From Squalus acanthias (lineage: Eukaryota): a DNA stretch of 64,000 nucleotides. Location of the stretch: contig CM059432.1 of NCBI GenBank assembly GCA_030390025.1, positions 94,800,001 through 94,864,000 on the forward strand. Reading direction: 5' to 3'. Positions 11,730-26,425 of the stretch are shown in pieces. Below the pieces are notes generated by a model. The model searched no databases. It had not been told where the DNA came from and was given only the letters and a program-made list of their open reading frames with translations. The stretch's first letter is position 1. Each line of letters starts with the position of its first letter. The translations under genes and the position numbers were made by a program.

Positions 11730-14500
11730 ACAGCATCATAATGGCACAGAAGGAGGCCAGTCGTGCCGGCTCTCTAGAGCAATCCAGTCAGTCCCATTCC
11801 CCCCGCTCTATTCCCATAGCCCTGCAAATTTATTTCCCTCAAGTGCCAATGAAAACATTGAGTGTCTCCGCTTCCACCACTTCCGTCGGCAGCACGTTCC
11901 AGGTCCTCGCCACTCACTGTGTAAAAAAAAAAAAAAGTTTTTCCTCACATCCCCCCTGTATCTCTTACCAAAACTTTAAATCTGTGTCCCCTAGTCCTTG
12001 TACCATCAACTAGTGGGAACAGCCTTTCCCCGTCCAGTCTATCCAAACCCGTCATAATCTTGTACACCTCTATCAAATCACCCCTCAACCTCCTTTGCTC
12101 TACTGAAAACAAATCCAGCTTCTCCAACCTGTCCTTGTAGCTAAGATCCCCCATCCCCGGAACCATTCTGGTAAATCTCCTCTGCACCCTCTCAAGGGCC
12201 TTCACATCCTTCCTAAAGTGTGGTGGCCAGAACGGACACAATAATCCAGATGTGGCCGAACCAGCGCTTTATAAAGGTTCAGCATAACTTCTCTACTTTT
12301 GTATTCAATACCTCTATTTATGAAGCCCATGATCCCATATGCTTTGCTACCCACTCTCTCAATATGTCCTGCCACCTTCAGGGACCTATGCACATTAACT
12401 CCCAGGTCCCTCTGTCCCTACACACTCTTTAAAACAGTGCCATTAAGTGTATATTGCCTCTCCTTGTTCCTTCTGCCAAAATGCATCACCTCACACTTCT
12501 CTGTATTATCTGCCACTTGTCTGCCCATTCTGCTAGCCTTTCTATGTCCTGTTGCAGTCGATTGGTATCATCCTCACTGTTTGCCACACCCCCAAGTTTG
12601 GTGTAATCGGCAAATTTAGAAATTCTACTCTGTATTCCAATATCCAGGTCATTTTTATATATATCCCAAAAAAAGCAGTGGCCCCAGCACTGACCCTTGG
12701 AGAACACCACTGTCTACCATCCTCCAGTCTGAAAAACAGCCATTTACCACAACTCACTGTTTTCTGTCCTTAAGCCAATCCCTTATCCAAGCTGCCACTG
12801 ACCCACCTATTCCATGAGCCTCAATTTTGTTAACCAGCCTTCCATGTGGTACTTTGTCAAACACCTTCCAAAAATCCATGTAGACAACATCCATTGCATT
12901 CCCTTCATCAATCCTCCCTGTTACTTCATCAAAAAATTCAATCAGATTAGTCAAACGTGATCTGCCTTTTAAAAATCAGTGTTGGCTCTCCTTAATTAGC
13001 TTAAACCTCAAGTGCCTATTAATTTTTTTCTTGATTATTATTTCTAAAACTTTACCCACCACTGATTTTAAACTGACCGGCCTGTAGTTACTAGGATTGT
13101 CCTTACAGCCTTTCTTGAACAATGGTGCCACATTTGCCACTTTCCAATCCTTAGGCATCTCCCCTGCATCTAGGGAAGATTGGAAAATTATGGCAAGCCC
13201 TACCGCTATTTTCCACCCCCCCCAATTCCCTTAGCAACCTGGGATGCAAGCCATCTGGACCAGGCGACTTGTCCACTCTAAGCATACCCAGCCTTTCTTA
13301 GTACATCCCGTCTGTCAATTTTCACCCCTTCCATTGCTTCTACCTTTTCCACTTCTATCGATATTTTGTCAGCATCCACCTCCTTAGTAAACACCGATAC
13401 AAAGTACTCATTGAGTATTCTAGCCTTGCCCTGTGCCTCTAAGCATATATCACCTACTTTGTCCCTAATAGGCCCCACCCCGCCTCTTACTACCCGCTTA
13501 CTGTTTACATGCCGGTAGAAAATTTTTGGGTTCCCTTTTATGTTAACTGCCATTCTACTCTCATATTATTTCTTTGCCAATCTTATTTTCATCTTCACTT
13601 CCCCTCTCAACTTATTGTATTGGGTCTGGTTCTACCTTGAATTCACCTGACATGCATCATGCACCCTCTTTTTTGATTCATTATCTTCTCTATCTCCCTT
13701 GTCATCCAAGGAACCCTTGCTTTGGTTCCCTTACTCTTCACTCTTGTTGGAATGTACCTAGCCTGTACTTGGAACATCTCCTCCTTAAAGATCACCCATT
13801 GTTCCGTTACAGTTTTTCCTGTCAGTCTTTGGTTCCATTTTACCCTGGCTAGATCCTTTCGCATCCCATTGAAGTTAGTCCTATTCCAGTTTAGAAGTTC
13901 CACTCTAGATTGTTCCTTGCTCCTCTCCATTGCTAATCTAAATCTTATGATATGATCACTTGTACCCAAGTGTTCTCCCACAGACACTCGGCTGACCTGG
14001 CACACCTCATTCTCCAGCACCAGATCCAGCAATGCCTCCTTCCTAGTTGGGACAAGAACATACTGGTCAAGGAAATTTTCCTGAACACATTTCAGAAATT
14101 CCTCCCCCTCCTTTCCCTTTACTCTAGCATTATCCCAATTGATATTTGGGTAATTAAAGTCCCCCAATATCACCACTCTATAGCTCTTGCATATCTCTGC
14201 GATTTCCCTGTAGATTTGCTCCTCTACCTCCCTCACTATTTGAGGGCCTGTAGAATACCCCCAATAGTGTGATTATACCCTTTTTGCTCCTCAACTCTAA
14301 CCAAATGGATTCTTTCCTTGTCCCCTCAGGAACATCCTCCCTTTCCAACACTACAATGTCTTCCTTAATCAGCACTGCCACCCCACCTCCCTTTTTTTAC
14401 TTCCCTATCTTTTCTGAACACCTTGTAGCCTTGAATATTAAGTGCCCAGTCCTCACCATTTTTAAGCCATGTTTCCGTTATTGCCACAACATCCATATTG
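11730..14500 (-). mobile_element. CR1 LINE, decayed ORF2 (APE endonuclease + RT) to 3' end
   Basis: VVILGDFNYPNINW and EALLDLVL (APE), NYRPVSLKSVVGK, DVVYMDFWKVFDKVPH, SKFADYTKLGG; many frameshifts. Confidence 0.95.
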
Positions 14501-14989
14501 TCATCTGGAGAAAAATAACGTGTTATAACTGGGGTGGCTGAAATTCTGCTTTTTTTAGTTTGTCCTTTTCAGAAATTTTTATTTACAGGATCTTATTGTA
14601 GAGCTCAATGTGCTGCCATGCCACTGTGTGACATATTCATCCTTAACTCCATTGGTAAATCATTGATTATTTGTTAAAACCATGTAATATGCATGGATAG
14701 CTGCGGTACTGGTTCAGTGCAACTGTGGCCATGTGAAAACTCCTCTTAACGAAGTGGGAATCACCTTTTTTTGCTGGATCACGATTGCCACTGGCTAAGG
14801 GTTGAATTAGCCTGTCTACCTGCCCTCTGTACAAGGGAATGGTGTATGGTCTAGGATTATGATGTCCGATCCATAGTCTGTTGAAATAATATGGCCCACT
14901 CAAGCATGTCACTGGGCCATTGTGACTTTCAAAAAGGATTTGCTGGACCCAGAACTTGTTTCACATGGAAGTTATCAAGTATATGCCAG

Positions 14990-17825
14990 AAAGTAGAGTT
15001 TAGAGTGGTTGCATGTGATAATTCTGCATTCCAAAGTGATGAGTGTTGTGAAAAGGTATGTGACCCAAATAAGCGTATACAAACGCACAAGGAACAAATT
15101 GAATGAATTGTAGACGCAAATTCATCTTGGATGGTATGACATGGTAGCCATTACTGAGACATGGGTGTAAGACGGTCGGGACTGGGAACTAAGTATACCA
15201 GGTTATAAGGTCTACAGAAAAGATAGGGAAAATGGTAGAGTGGGAGCAGTAGCCTTAGTAATTAAGTATGCAATCACTTCAATGATAAGAGAGAATATAA
15301 CGAGGTAAGCAGGCAGTGGAGACTTTATGGGTAGAACTAAGAAATAGAAAAGGATTTAAGACTTTAGTGGGAGTTGTGTATAGGCCCCCCTGGTAGCAGC
15401 TGAAAAGTGGTAGAACATATAAATGCAGAGGTAGACAAGCATGTAGTAACGGCAGAGTGGTTTTAATGGGGAGTTTTAACTTCCTTTTATAGATTGGGGA
15501 AAAGCAGACTAGCTCATGTCAGAAAGGTAATGAATTTCTTGAGTGTGTTCACGATAGTTTTCTGCAACAATATTTTCTTAAACCAACAAGGGGGCATCCC
15601 ATATTAGATTTAGTAATGAGCCAGATTTAGTTAACAGACTAATGGTGTGCGAACACTTATCTAATAGCAATCATAATATGATCGAGTTCAGTGTAGTGTT
15701 TGAAAGGGAGAAACGCGAAACAGCTACTAAGATTCTCGATTTAGGTAAGGCTGACTTCAATGTGATGAGGCAGAGACTGTCCATAGCAAACTGGGCAAAT
15801 CTGTTAACGGGTAAAACGACAGACGATCAGTAGGAGGTGTTCACATAAAATTCTTTTGTGATGCCGAACTAATTTATACCCCTAAGAGGCAAGAGCTCTA
15901 CTTGCCCAAAAAAACCATGGATGACTAGAGGGAAGAGACAACATAAAACTAAAAGAAAAAGCATACAAAAATGCAAAAACTAGCACAGACCCTGCCAACT
16001 GGGAAAGATAACCAGAACAACAAAAGGTGACAAAGCAGATAGTAAGAGCTACAAAAAGTATGAAAAGAAACTTGCAAGGGATATCAAAAGCAACACATTT
16101 TTTGCAATTATGTTGGGGGAAAGGGGGTGGTCAGGAGCAATGTGGGCCCCTTAAACTGATGATGGTGATGCAGTCAATGAAAATGACGGACATGTTGAAT
16201 AATTACTTTCAGTATTTACAGTAGAGGAAGAGGATAGCATGCCGGACATCCCAAGGAAACTAATATTGAATCAGGGACAGGACTCAATAAAATTAATGTA
16301 AGTAAAATAACAGTAACGAAGAAAATAATGGTACAAAAGAGTGACATCCCCAGGACCAGATGGTTTCCATCCCAGGGTTTTAAAGGAAGTAGGTGAGAAC
16401 GTTGCAGATGCACGATAACTATAATCTTCCAAAGTTGTCTTGATTCAGGAACCGTTGCTTTAGATTGGAAAATTGTGCATGTCACGCCGCTATTTAAGAA
16501 ATGGGAGAGAGGGAAACCAGGGAATTATGGACCAGTTAGCCTAACATCTGTTATTGGGAAATTACTAGTCCATAATTAAGGATGGAGTGACTGAACAGCT
16601 TGAAAGTTTTCATCTGATCAGAGAGAGCCAGCATGGATTTGTAAAGGGTAAGTCATACCTGATTGAATTCATTGAAGAGGTGCCTAAAGTAGTGAACAGG
16701 GAATGTCTATGGACGTCCAGAAGACATTTGATAAAATCCGTCATAAGAGACTGTTACTAAAGGTTGAAACTCATGGAATTGAAGGCAAATTATTGACCTG
16801 GTTAGGAAATTGGCTCAGCGGCAGGAGACAGTGTAGGGATAATGGGCAGTTACTCTAATTGGCAGGATATGACTAGTGGTGTCCCACAGGGATCTGTGTT
16901 GGGGCCGCAACTATTCACCGTATTTATTAACGACTTGGATGATGGGATAGAAAGCCACATATCCAAGTTTGCTGATGACACAAAGAAAGGCAGTGTAGAT
17001 GAAGGCAAAAATTACAAAGAGATATTAATGGATTAAGTGGGCAAAACTGGCAAATGTGAGGTCATCCACTTTGGAACTAAAAAGGATAGAACAGAGTACT
17101 TTCTAAATGGTGAAAAACTAGAAACAGTGGCAGGTCCAAAGAGACTTGGGGTCCATGTACATAGATTATTAAAATGTCATAGACCGGTTCAGAAAATAAT
17201 CAAAAAGGCTAATGGAATGCTGGCCTTTATATCTAGAGGACTGGAAAACAAGGGGGTAGAAGCTAAGCTCCAGCTATACAAAGCCCTGGTTAGACCACAG
17301 CTGGAGTACTGTGAGCAGTTCTGGGCACCATACCGAAGGAAGGATATATTGGCCTTGGAGGGAGTGCAGCATAGATTTACCAGAATGATACCTGGACTCT
17401 AAGGGTTAAATTAGGAGGAGAGATTACACAAACTAGGGTTGTATTGCCTGGAATTTAGATGGTTAAGGGGTGATTTGATTGAAGTTTAAGATATTAAGGG
17501 GAACTGATAGGGTAGATAGAGAGAAACTATTTCCGCTGGTTGGGGAGTCTAGGACTAGGGGGCATCGTCTAAAAATTAGAGCCAGGCCTTTCAGGAGTAA
17601 AGTTAAAAACACTTCTACACACAGAGTGGTTATGTTTGGAAGTCTCTTCCGCAAACGGCAGTTGATGCTAGATCAATTGTTAATTTTAAATCTGAGATTG
17701 ATAGATTTTTGTTAACAAGGTATTGAGGGATATGGGACAAAAGCAGGTGTATGGAGTTAGGTCACAAATCAGCCTTGATCTCATTGAATGGTGGAACAGA
17801 CTAGAGGGGCTAACTGGCCTTCTGG
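14990..17825 (+). mobile_element. CR1 LINE, decayed near-complete ORF2 and 3' UTR
   Basis: AITETW (gccattactgagacatgg), EHLSNSNHNMIEF, SGVPQGSVLGPQLFTVFINDLD, SKFADDTK, RPQLEYCEQFW. Confidence 0.95.
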
Positions 17826-18055
17826 AGAGATCTTGTAATATATTCCAGAGAACCTAGGATCTGAAGGTGACAGTGGCATTTGATCCTTTTCCCCTTTTAA
17901 TTAATAGATTTTGAGTGTCTGGGTCACAGCAAATCACACAGCATTATCAAAAGAGAAGGGCATTTCTACCACCTTGATGTCCAGAATATCCTATTTCTGG
18001 TCATTTGTTGGGTGAAAATGGCATGGCTCAAGGTGCCAAGAAAACCAAAAGTTGT

Positions 18056-18497
18056 GAAAGAAAGAAAGACTTGCATTTATATAGCGCCTTTCACGACCAC
18101 CAGATGTCGCAAAGCGCTTTACAGTCAATGAAGTACTTTTGGAGTGGAGTCACTGTTGTAATGTAGGAAACAGGGCAGCTCCCACAAACAGCAATGTGAT
18201 AATGACTAGATAATCTGTTTTTTATGTTGAGGGATAAATATTGGCTAGGACACGGGATAACTCCCAATCTCTTCTTTGAAATAGTGCCATGGGATCTTTT
18301 ACGTCCACCTGAGAGAGCAGACGGGGCCTTAGTTTAATGTCTCATCCGAAAGACGGCACCTCCGACCGTGCAGCACTCCCTCAGCACTGCACTGGAGTGT
18401 CAGCCTAGATTTTTGCGCTCGAGTCCCTGGAGTGGGACTTGAACCCACAACCTTCTGACTCCGAGGCGAGAGTGCTACCAACTGAGCCACGGCTGAC
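18056..18497 (-). mobile_element. Well-preserved Deu-domain tRNA-SINE (SacSINE1-like) with L2-type tail
   Basis: A box TGGCTCAGTTGG (18478-18489), B box GGTTCAAGTCC (18435-18445), central gtgccgtctttcggatgagac block, tail aaaggcgctatataaatgcaagt(cttt)n. Confidence 0.88.
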
Positions 18498-18704
18498 ATG
18501 ATGTTTAATCTTGATTCCGCCAGACGGAAAAGCGATTTAACTGTACATAATACACTCATTAGTTGTGGCTCATTGCTCCCAAAATTTGGATATTCCTGAC
18601 CCAGGGACACCCGGAGAGAAGTGAGGATGAGGAGATTATCGTCTTTCTAGGTTGTATAGAAATCTAAATTAATTCCAGATTTTCTCTTTTTCCCAAGAAT
18701 GTAA

Positions 18705-18890
<186 letters not shown>

Positions 18891-21800
18891 TAGTCGAAGT
18901 ATTAGTTGCTTATTTGACAGTATTGTTGAAGTGGTGACCTAAAACTGAAGTCATTCTTTTGCAGAGATAGCACCAAGGTGGGAGCAGAATGATGGTGGAT
19001 AAAATGCATGTGTGTGCTTGATGTTTATATATTTAGTGCACTTTGCGATCAGCCGTAATGTAACTGATGAAAGGCAGTTGAGATTGAATTATGGTTGGCA
19101 CCGCAAGCGATACGTAAATTCAGTTCTTTGGATGCATTCTGCTTGTACTATTCATTAAAAATAGAACAGAAGTTAAAAAGATGTATTTCATGGTTTGCTG
19201 TGTTCCTTTATGGTTTGATTTCAGGGAGGTTGGAGATGGTGATCAATAGTCTTTGTGGTGTTGCCTCAGAGTGTTTATACTTTGAAAATTATCTTCACAT
19301 TTTAAAAGAAAATCATGTCCTCCTCTTGAAATTTATCCAGAATATACCCGTCATATGCCTGTGAAAGGGACTGGTTGAAAGTATCACATCTCAGGATGTT
19401 ACATGTCTAGAGCTGAAATGTTAACTGTTAAAGTAAGGTATATACAGTAAATTAAATATGAGCAAATCAAAATCTGTCCTTAAGATGGTAAGAACGAATA
19501 AGCAGTAGAAAATGGAACAATCAAATTGCTCAGGTATTTTTTAAGCTACTTGTCACAATCTGGCATGGAGCAAGAAGGCACTAATCAAATTACCGAAAAT
19601 ATTTTAAGTTAGTTTGAATTTCCACCCAGCTGAAAATTTACTGGTAAAAGTAACATTTATAATGTAAGAACCCTATTTAAAAAAAAATGTAAGAATGCTT
19701 ACTGTTAACTCCTAGAGGTGCCTATACTGTGTTGTAAATTCCTAAAAATATTTTCTCAGAGGCCGACTCTTGCTTCAGGAGCCTGGATCTCAATCTGGAG
19801 TACTTGGCTGGAGCTTTACCTACTAGATTGGACTTTGCTGCCCTTTTCTTTTCTGCAAATGCCCTGGTTTTTCACTATTAAGACACACCCATCCACTATT
19901 CATTTTGGCTGCACTCACCACCTCTGCTGGGCTACCTGACCTGACTCGATCCCTGTCCTATTGACCTCAGCTGTTTTGGAGTCCTTTGGAATATAGCCCA
20001 ATCATGGTTACTAGCCTGTGCTGAGCTTCTTGCTGAATCTTATTCACTTGTGGTTTTCTCATCAGCTGTAGCAGAGTACAGAACTTCTACTATATTTGCT
20101 AACTAATAATTGCAAAGCAGAAATGTGCAACAGCTGATGAGAAAATAGCAGGTAAAGAAGAACTTGGATGGGAGCCAGTCGCAAGATGGTCAGAACGAAT
20201 CTGGGTGGGGCATTGCCAAGATCTTCTGGCCGCCCGGCGCCCACTCTCCCAGCCTGAGTGCTTTCCCAACTTGTTGGCTCGCCAGGCACAGCCAGTGCAA
20301 GTGCTTTGTGGCTCACCTGTTTGACTACCCACTGAGTCCAAGTGGTTTCCCGCTTGTCTATTCTCTTGCCCCTCAAGTGCTTGGTTCAACTGGGTGAAGT
20401 GTTTCTTCGCCTGCGTTGACTGAGTGGCTATTGCCCTGTCTGCTTGCTCACTTGGCCTAAGTTCTCCACAGCCCATTGGCTTGCTCCACCCAAGTACTTC
20501 TTGGTCCATCTCACTTGTCTGGCCTCAATGCTTTCCCTGCCAGGTCACCTGCTTATCTGCCTTGAGTGCTTCTTGGCTCAACCCACTCGGAGCTATTCTC
20601 AGAAGGTCCTTCTCAACCTGCACTTTACTCATCGGGTGTTTGGCTCTCTGCTGTACTTATTGTACTGAGAAGCTGTCAAATCCTCACAAAATGGTCTACA
20701 AATAACATCCAAAAGTCATGGCGATCATCAAACTGTTTAAGGAATAAATTAAGAGTATTTTGACCCCAGTGGGTTGACTCTATCTTTGTTTTACAGTAAC
20801 GTATGTACCTTGCAGCATTTCACTGCTTTTGGGTATTCTTCAACCTGTAAATAATTGTATCAGTTTTAGCTTGAGTGCATTGGTTTGTTACAGTGGTAGT
20901 TACTGCCTTTGAAATATTGTGGCAGAGTTTCCTTCCAAGTCCTTCACCAGTTCTAGACCTTTGGATGCGCCCATATACATAGATTCTCCCCCCCCCTTTC
21001 AAAATGCTCCCAGAACCTGGACCCCTCTATTACCAGACCACAGAATCTCTCTTCCTAAGTGGTACCAAATCCCAAGATCCTATGCTCTCTCTTCAGAGTT
21101 CTCCTGTTTAAACCTTACTTTGATGTCAGAAATTGGGGCCAGGGTCTGGCAGTATTGGGGGTAGCTGGGATCTGACAGTATTGAAGTGGAGCAGTGACTT
21201 GTAGCCTTGTGGGAGGGAGTGTGATGAAAACAGGACTGGAATTAAGCCTGGCCCGTTTTGGACCATTGACCTAATACTGCGTTCCTGCCGATCAACATCT
21301 TCCTCCGACAAGCTCATAGACCCTTTAATGTGACCCTTTTAGCTCTCGTTTACCCTCCACCACCACTTCCCATCGTCTGCAGTGTTTATGTTCCTGTCTT
21401 AAAGCATTTAAGGGTAAATGTTATGCAGTTGTGCTTCAGACTAGCCAAAAAGGAGATTGCACTCAGTGGATGGAAAGCCATGTGCTTGGCACACAATTGT
21501 CTGATGTCCTGAGGTGTGCCAGGAGCAGAAAATTTAACTTTTAGTGCACTATTTCTATCAATTTGTGAGGAGCTTGTGGCGCTTGTTAATAAATGCTTGC
21601 TCAAAATACAGGTTTGAGAATTAAATCTCCCTTTTGTTTGAAAGTCTTCTGGAAAGACCGAAGAAGCTGTCAAATCCTCACAGAATGGAAGACATTAACT
21701 CAAGTTGATGTACAGATTGCATGCTGGGAAATACATGAGAATAAACAGATGCGATTGGAAGCTCTAGTTAATTATTGGGGGACGGAGAAAAAACAGTAGA

Positions 21801-23039
21801 AGCCCAGGCTTTTGAGATGAGCTGAGGCTTTGAAATCAAATCTTTAATAAATGTAGTAAAAGACACAAGACAGTTCAATGGGTAAATTTAATCATGTAAC
21901 TGAAATGTATAATATTTAAAACATTATTTTGGTTTCTAATTTTTTTTTATTCATTCATGGGATTTGGTGTCGCTGGCAAGGCCAGCATTTATTGTCCATC
22001 CCTAATGCCCTTGAGAAGGTGGTGGTGAGCCAATATAAAGGCCTGTCCTCCAACCCACAAAAGGCCGAAGAACTGTTTGAAATTCAGAGTGGCTAAAGGC
22101 TGAGCCAAGCTGCCATAATGGTGGATCTGGAAGTGGTTGGGCTCCGAGGAGCTGGCGCACCAGGTAGTTGGGTGCTAAACAGATAAAAATTGAGCGAGTA
22201 AGAGTATAGATAAGAGGCTGAATAATTAAAATAACTATATAAAATTAAAAATATACATTTAAAGATTAAAAAAATATAACTCACTTCAAAGTAGGCAAAA
22301 TGGTTGTTGTGGGAAGAGTTCAGAAACTTGCTCCACAGCACCACTTGGTGACCAAAGCCTAAAACTGCATTATGTAGGAAAATTGAATAGTAAATGAAAA
22401 TTAAGGTCTCAAATGTTTGCAGTAACCTATGAAATTTTCTATGCAAGAGGAAATTTTATCTGTTTCAGTAATTAACATTATCTATGGATGCTCATGTGGT
22501 TGCAAAGAATGAAAGTTAAAAATAACATAATTATCAGTCTGTATTTTAATACTGAACTGTTTAAAAATGGGTTTGTATCACTAATGCATGTGTGTGAAAA
22601 AAATAATTAAAAAAAAATATATATTACTTGTTTTAGATGGGGGTGCGGGGGGTCCGCGGAGAGGAGGCACCAGTGGAGTGAAAGGTGTGCAGTTTCAGAT
22701 AAGACATGGGTGCCAGAATTGAATGGCATGTTCAGTGGAGGGGGTGAGTGGAAGAGGAACGTTAAGGAATAATGAAATAGGTAATCTAGTCCGATCTGAA
22801 TCCAGTTGTTCTTGTATAGTTTTTGTCATGCTCTGATGGAAATATTCAAATGCAATGTAGTTATTACAAGTGATATAAATGCTTTAAGGAATCAAGACTT
22901 TGATGTTGGTTTGGTGTAAAGACTGAAATTTCTGGCTTGTGATGCTGTATAATCTATGGCTTTGATGTTCAACGCTGTTCCAAATTAAAGGAAGTCTGTG
23001 CGCTAAACAAAGTAATGCAAATTTATTCCTTGTAGAAAA

Positions 23040-23430
23040 TGCTTCAGAAAGTGTCTACTGTTGCTGCATATGGTTCCACAGGTGCCAGTACCTTTTAGTA
23101 CTGCCCTCAACTGGCCATTCTTTGTGTGTGAAAACAGACAATTATTGTCAACAGGGCATTTAAATGTGTGGGGTCGCACAGCCTAGCTTGATTTTTTTTC
23201 TCTCGGGACATTTTCTAGAAGGAATGACCATATATTGATATCGGGAACCCCAGCTGATTTCCCCCCTCCAGTTGATGACTTCCTGTCCATATCCAAGGGT
23301 GCTGAAGGCAACTGTAGTGCCTCTACTGGATGAGATCCATTAACTCAGTATTGCTCAAGGAGTGTACCTTGGACCTTCCTGATGTGTGACTCAGTTACTA
23401 CATAGATAAACCCAATGAACTATCCAAGTA
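23040..23430 (-). mobile_element. Ancient AmnSINE2-like SINE copy
   Basis: ggttccacagg, tggccattctttgtgtgtga, gggaaccccagctgatttcccc and taactcag are antisense to the family blocks. Confidence 0.6.
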
Positions 23431-24514
23431 GTTTGCCTTTTTTTAAGTACAAATATTTTGTCTTGGTACACTGTGATATAATGTTTTCAGCTTCTCTCTA
23501 TATACTAGGCTTCCTGAAGTGGCATTTTTTAATACATGAATACTAAGGATTGCTGTTGATATCTAATAAAAAAAATTTTTTTTTATTTTGCCAAAAAGTG
23601 CTATGTACTTCCAGCACAATATATTTTATGTTCTGACTGGGATAATACAGTCCCCACAGCTTATAATCAGCGTGTTTGTGAGAATGAGATTTGTTCGTTC
23701 ACACACAGGCCAATATAATGTGATAGCATATATGTTGTCCTTGCTCATCAGCATCCGCAGCTCCCTGAACCACGACCTGAACAAACCTCTTCGCTGCCGG
23801 GCCTTAGACCTGACCAAGGACTAACTTATTTCAGTCCTTCCAGCTTTTCCCCTTCTCCTCTGGAGTTGTCGCTCTCCAGCGTCCAAGTACCTGTTTCTGT
23901 AATTGCCCCAAACAAAATTGGACCAAGGCTGCCTGTTCCCATGCGAGACAACAAAAGGATAGTGAAGCATAGCTCAACATTAAACAGCTATGAATACTAA
24001 ACAGCGATACTTTATAACCTGATTGGGGCGGGGAGGTCGTTCACCTGGGCAGAGGAACTGAATTACATCATCGACGGGCATAGCATAAGCTTACAAAACA
24101 GAGCTTCAGTAGATATTCGTTTTTTTTGTTGCACTATTTAATCTTCCAGGATATTACAGAAAGGCGCTGCGAAGGGAGTATAGTGTTTACCCTTTGTGTA
24201 GCTCTCTGACTTTTATTTATACATACAAAGATTAAAAATAATGATGAAAGTTGATATATATATATATATTTTCTCGTGTACTTCACTCTTACAATGTCAC
24301 AGTAAGCACAGCTGTTTCTACCTGAAATAAATAGAGCACTTAAGATGCTGTAACCAGCAACTTGAAATTGATGCGAATGGTTATTGTTTTTTGGCCAATA
24401 TAAGCGACTGCCAATGTTCTGTTTTTTTTGGGCTATGCGGCCCCTTTAACAGGTTGCACGCCCCATTCCAAAATCCGTGCATACGCATTTAATATAGTCT
24501 ACATAGATTTTAGC

Positions 24515-25640
24515 AAGGCAGACTGATCAGAAAAGTAAAAGCCCATGGAATCCAAGGGAAAGTGGCAAGTTGGATCCAAAATTGGCTCAATGGCAGGAAG
24601 CAAAGGGTAATGGTCGGGTGTTTTTGTGACTGGAAGGCTGTTTCTAGTGGGGTTCCGCAGGGTTCAGTACTAGGTCCCTTGCTTTTTGTGGTATATATCA
24701 ATGATTTAGACTTCAGTGTAGGGGGCATGATTAAGAAGTTTGCAGATGATACAAAAATTGGCCGTGTGGTTGATAGTGAGGAAGCAAGCTGTAGACTGCA
24801 GGAAGATATCAATGGACAGGTCATTTGGGTTGAAAAGTGGCAAATGGAATTCAGTCCAGACAAGTGTGAGGTAATGCATTTGGGTAGGGCTAACAAGGCA
24901 AGGGAATATACATTAAATGGTAGGATACTGAGCAGTGTAGGGGAATATGTCCACAGATCCCTGAAGGTAGCAGGACAGGTAGATTAGGTGGTTGAGAAGG
25001 CATACGGGATACTTTCCTTTATTAGCCGAGACAGAATATAAGAGCAGGAAGGTTATACTTGAACTGTATGAAACACTAGTGAAGCCTCAGCTAGAGTACT
25101 GCTTACAGTTCTGGTCACCACATTGCAGGAAGGGATGTGATCGCACTAGAGTGGGCGCAGAGGATATTTACGAGGATGTTGCCAGGACTGGAGAATTTTA
25201 GCTATGAGGAAAGATTGGATAGGCTGGGGTTGTTTTCTTTGGAATAGAGGAGGCTGAAGGAAAATTTAATTGAGGTGTATAAAATTATGAGGGGCCTAGA
25301 TAGAGTGGATAAGAAGGACCTATTTCCCTTAGCAGAGAGGTCAATAACCAGGGGGCATAGACTTAAAGTAATTGGTAGAAGGGTTAGAGGGGAGTTGAAT
25401 CTTTTTTTCACCCAGAGGGTGGTTGGGGTCTGGAAACCACTGCCTGAAAAGGTGGTAGAGGCAGAATCCCTCATCGCATTTAAAAAGTACTTGGATATGC
25501 ACTTTTAAGTGCTGTGACCTACAGGACTACGGACCAAGAGCTGGAAATTGGGATTAGGCTGGATAGCTCTTTTTCGGCTGGCACAGACGCGATGGGCCAA
25601 TTGGCCTCCTTCTGTGCTGTAAGTTTCTAAAAATTCTAAG
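24515..25640 (+). mobile_element. CR1 LINE, RT to 3' end
   Basis: SSGVPQGSVLGPLLFVVYINDLD, KKFADDTKIG, FSPDKCEVMHLG; tail ttctgtgctgtaagtttcta. Confidence 0.93.
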
Positions 25641-25649
25641 TAGATAAGA

Positions 25650-26425
25650 AATTACAAAATGAGTTGGATAAAATATTTGAGCAAAACAATGGCAGATGAA
25701 ATTTAATGAGTAATAAATACATTTAAAATAAGTAAACTACTGCACATAGGAAGGAAAACAAGCCACACACATACCCCACGAATGGTGTTGAAATAACTAA
25801 GGATGAAATTGAAAGAGACCTAGAAGTCTTAATATATTTAATGCACAACATGTCCAACATATGGAGAGCAGCAATCAACAAACCAATAGAATCTTGCATT
25901 GTATAACCAAAATACAAGACTGAGGAAGTCATGATAAAATAGTAGAGCTCTGGTCAGACCACATCGTTTGAGTATTGTGCCCAGATCTAGTTACTGAGAC
26001 ACAAAGCAGACGTCAAGCACCAGAGGCAGAGTGCAGAGAAGAGCCACAAGGTTGATACTAGTGTCAAGGATCTGAGCTGGGAAGAAAGGCTGGAGAAAGT
26101 TGAGCTTTTCATCCTGGAACGGAGGTGTCTGAGAGGAGATTTATACAAGGCAGTAAACGGTATGGAAAAGGTAAATCCGGAAAACTCGGTGGGAGTAGGA
26201 AAAGGGGACACGGGTTCAAACTAGTAAAGAACAAATTTAAGATTGAGATCAAGAAGGTCTTCATGTAGAGAATGATCAATACATGGAATGAACTCTCAGT
26301 AGTGGAGGTGAAAGCCCTGGAATCATGTAAGAACCAATGTGATACTGCAGTGGAGGGAATTGTAGGCTTTTTTGGATGTATGAATTGCAATGGGCTGAAT
26401 GGCTTTCCACATTCCTAATTCTGCT
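25650..26425 (+). mobile_element. Older CR1 LINE 3' fragment
   Basis: tggcagatgaaatttaat, ctggtcagaccaca, ctgagaggagattta and gggctgaatggc landmarks, heavily diverged. Confidence 0.75.

Noticed and set aside
18425..18497. tRNA gene
   Set aside because: A and B boxes are present but run directly into a SINE body and LINE-like tail, so this is a SINE head.
19700..20700. Possible ancient coding element (several overlapping 70-136 aa ORFs)
   Set aside because: No recognisable domain motif or terminal structure; cannot be classified by eye.
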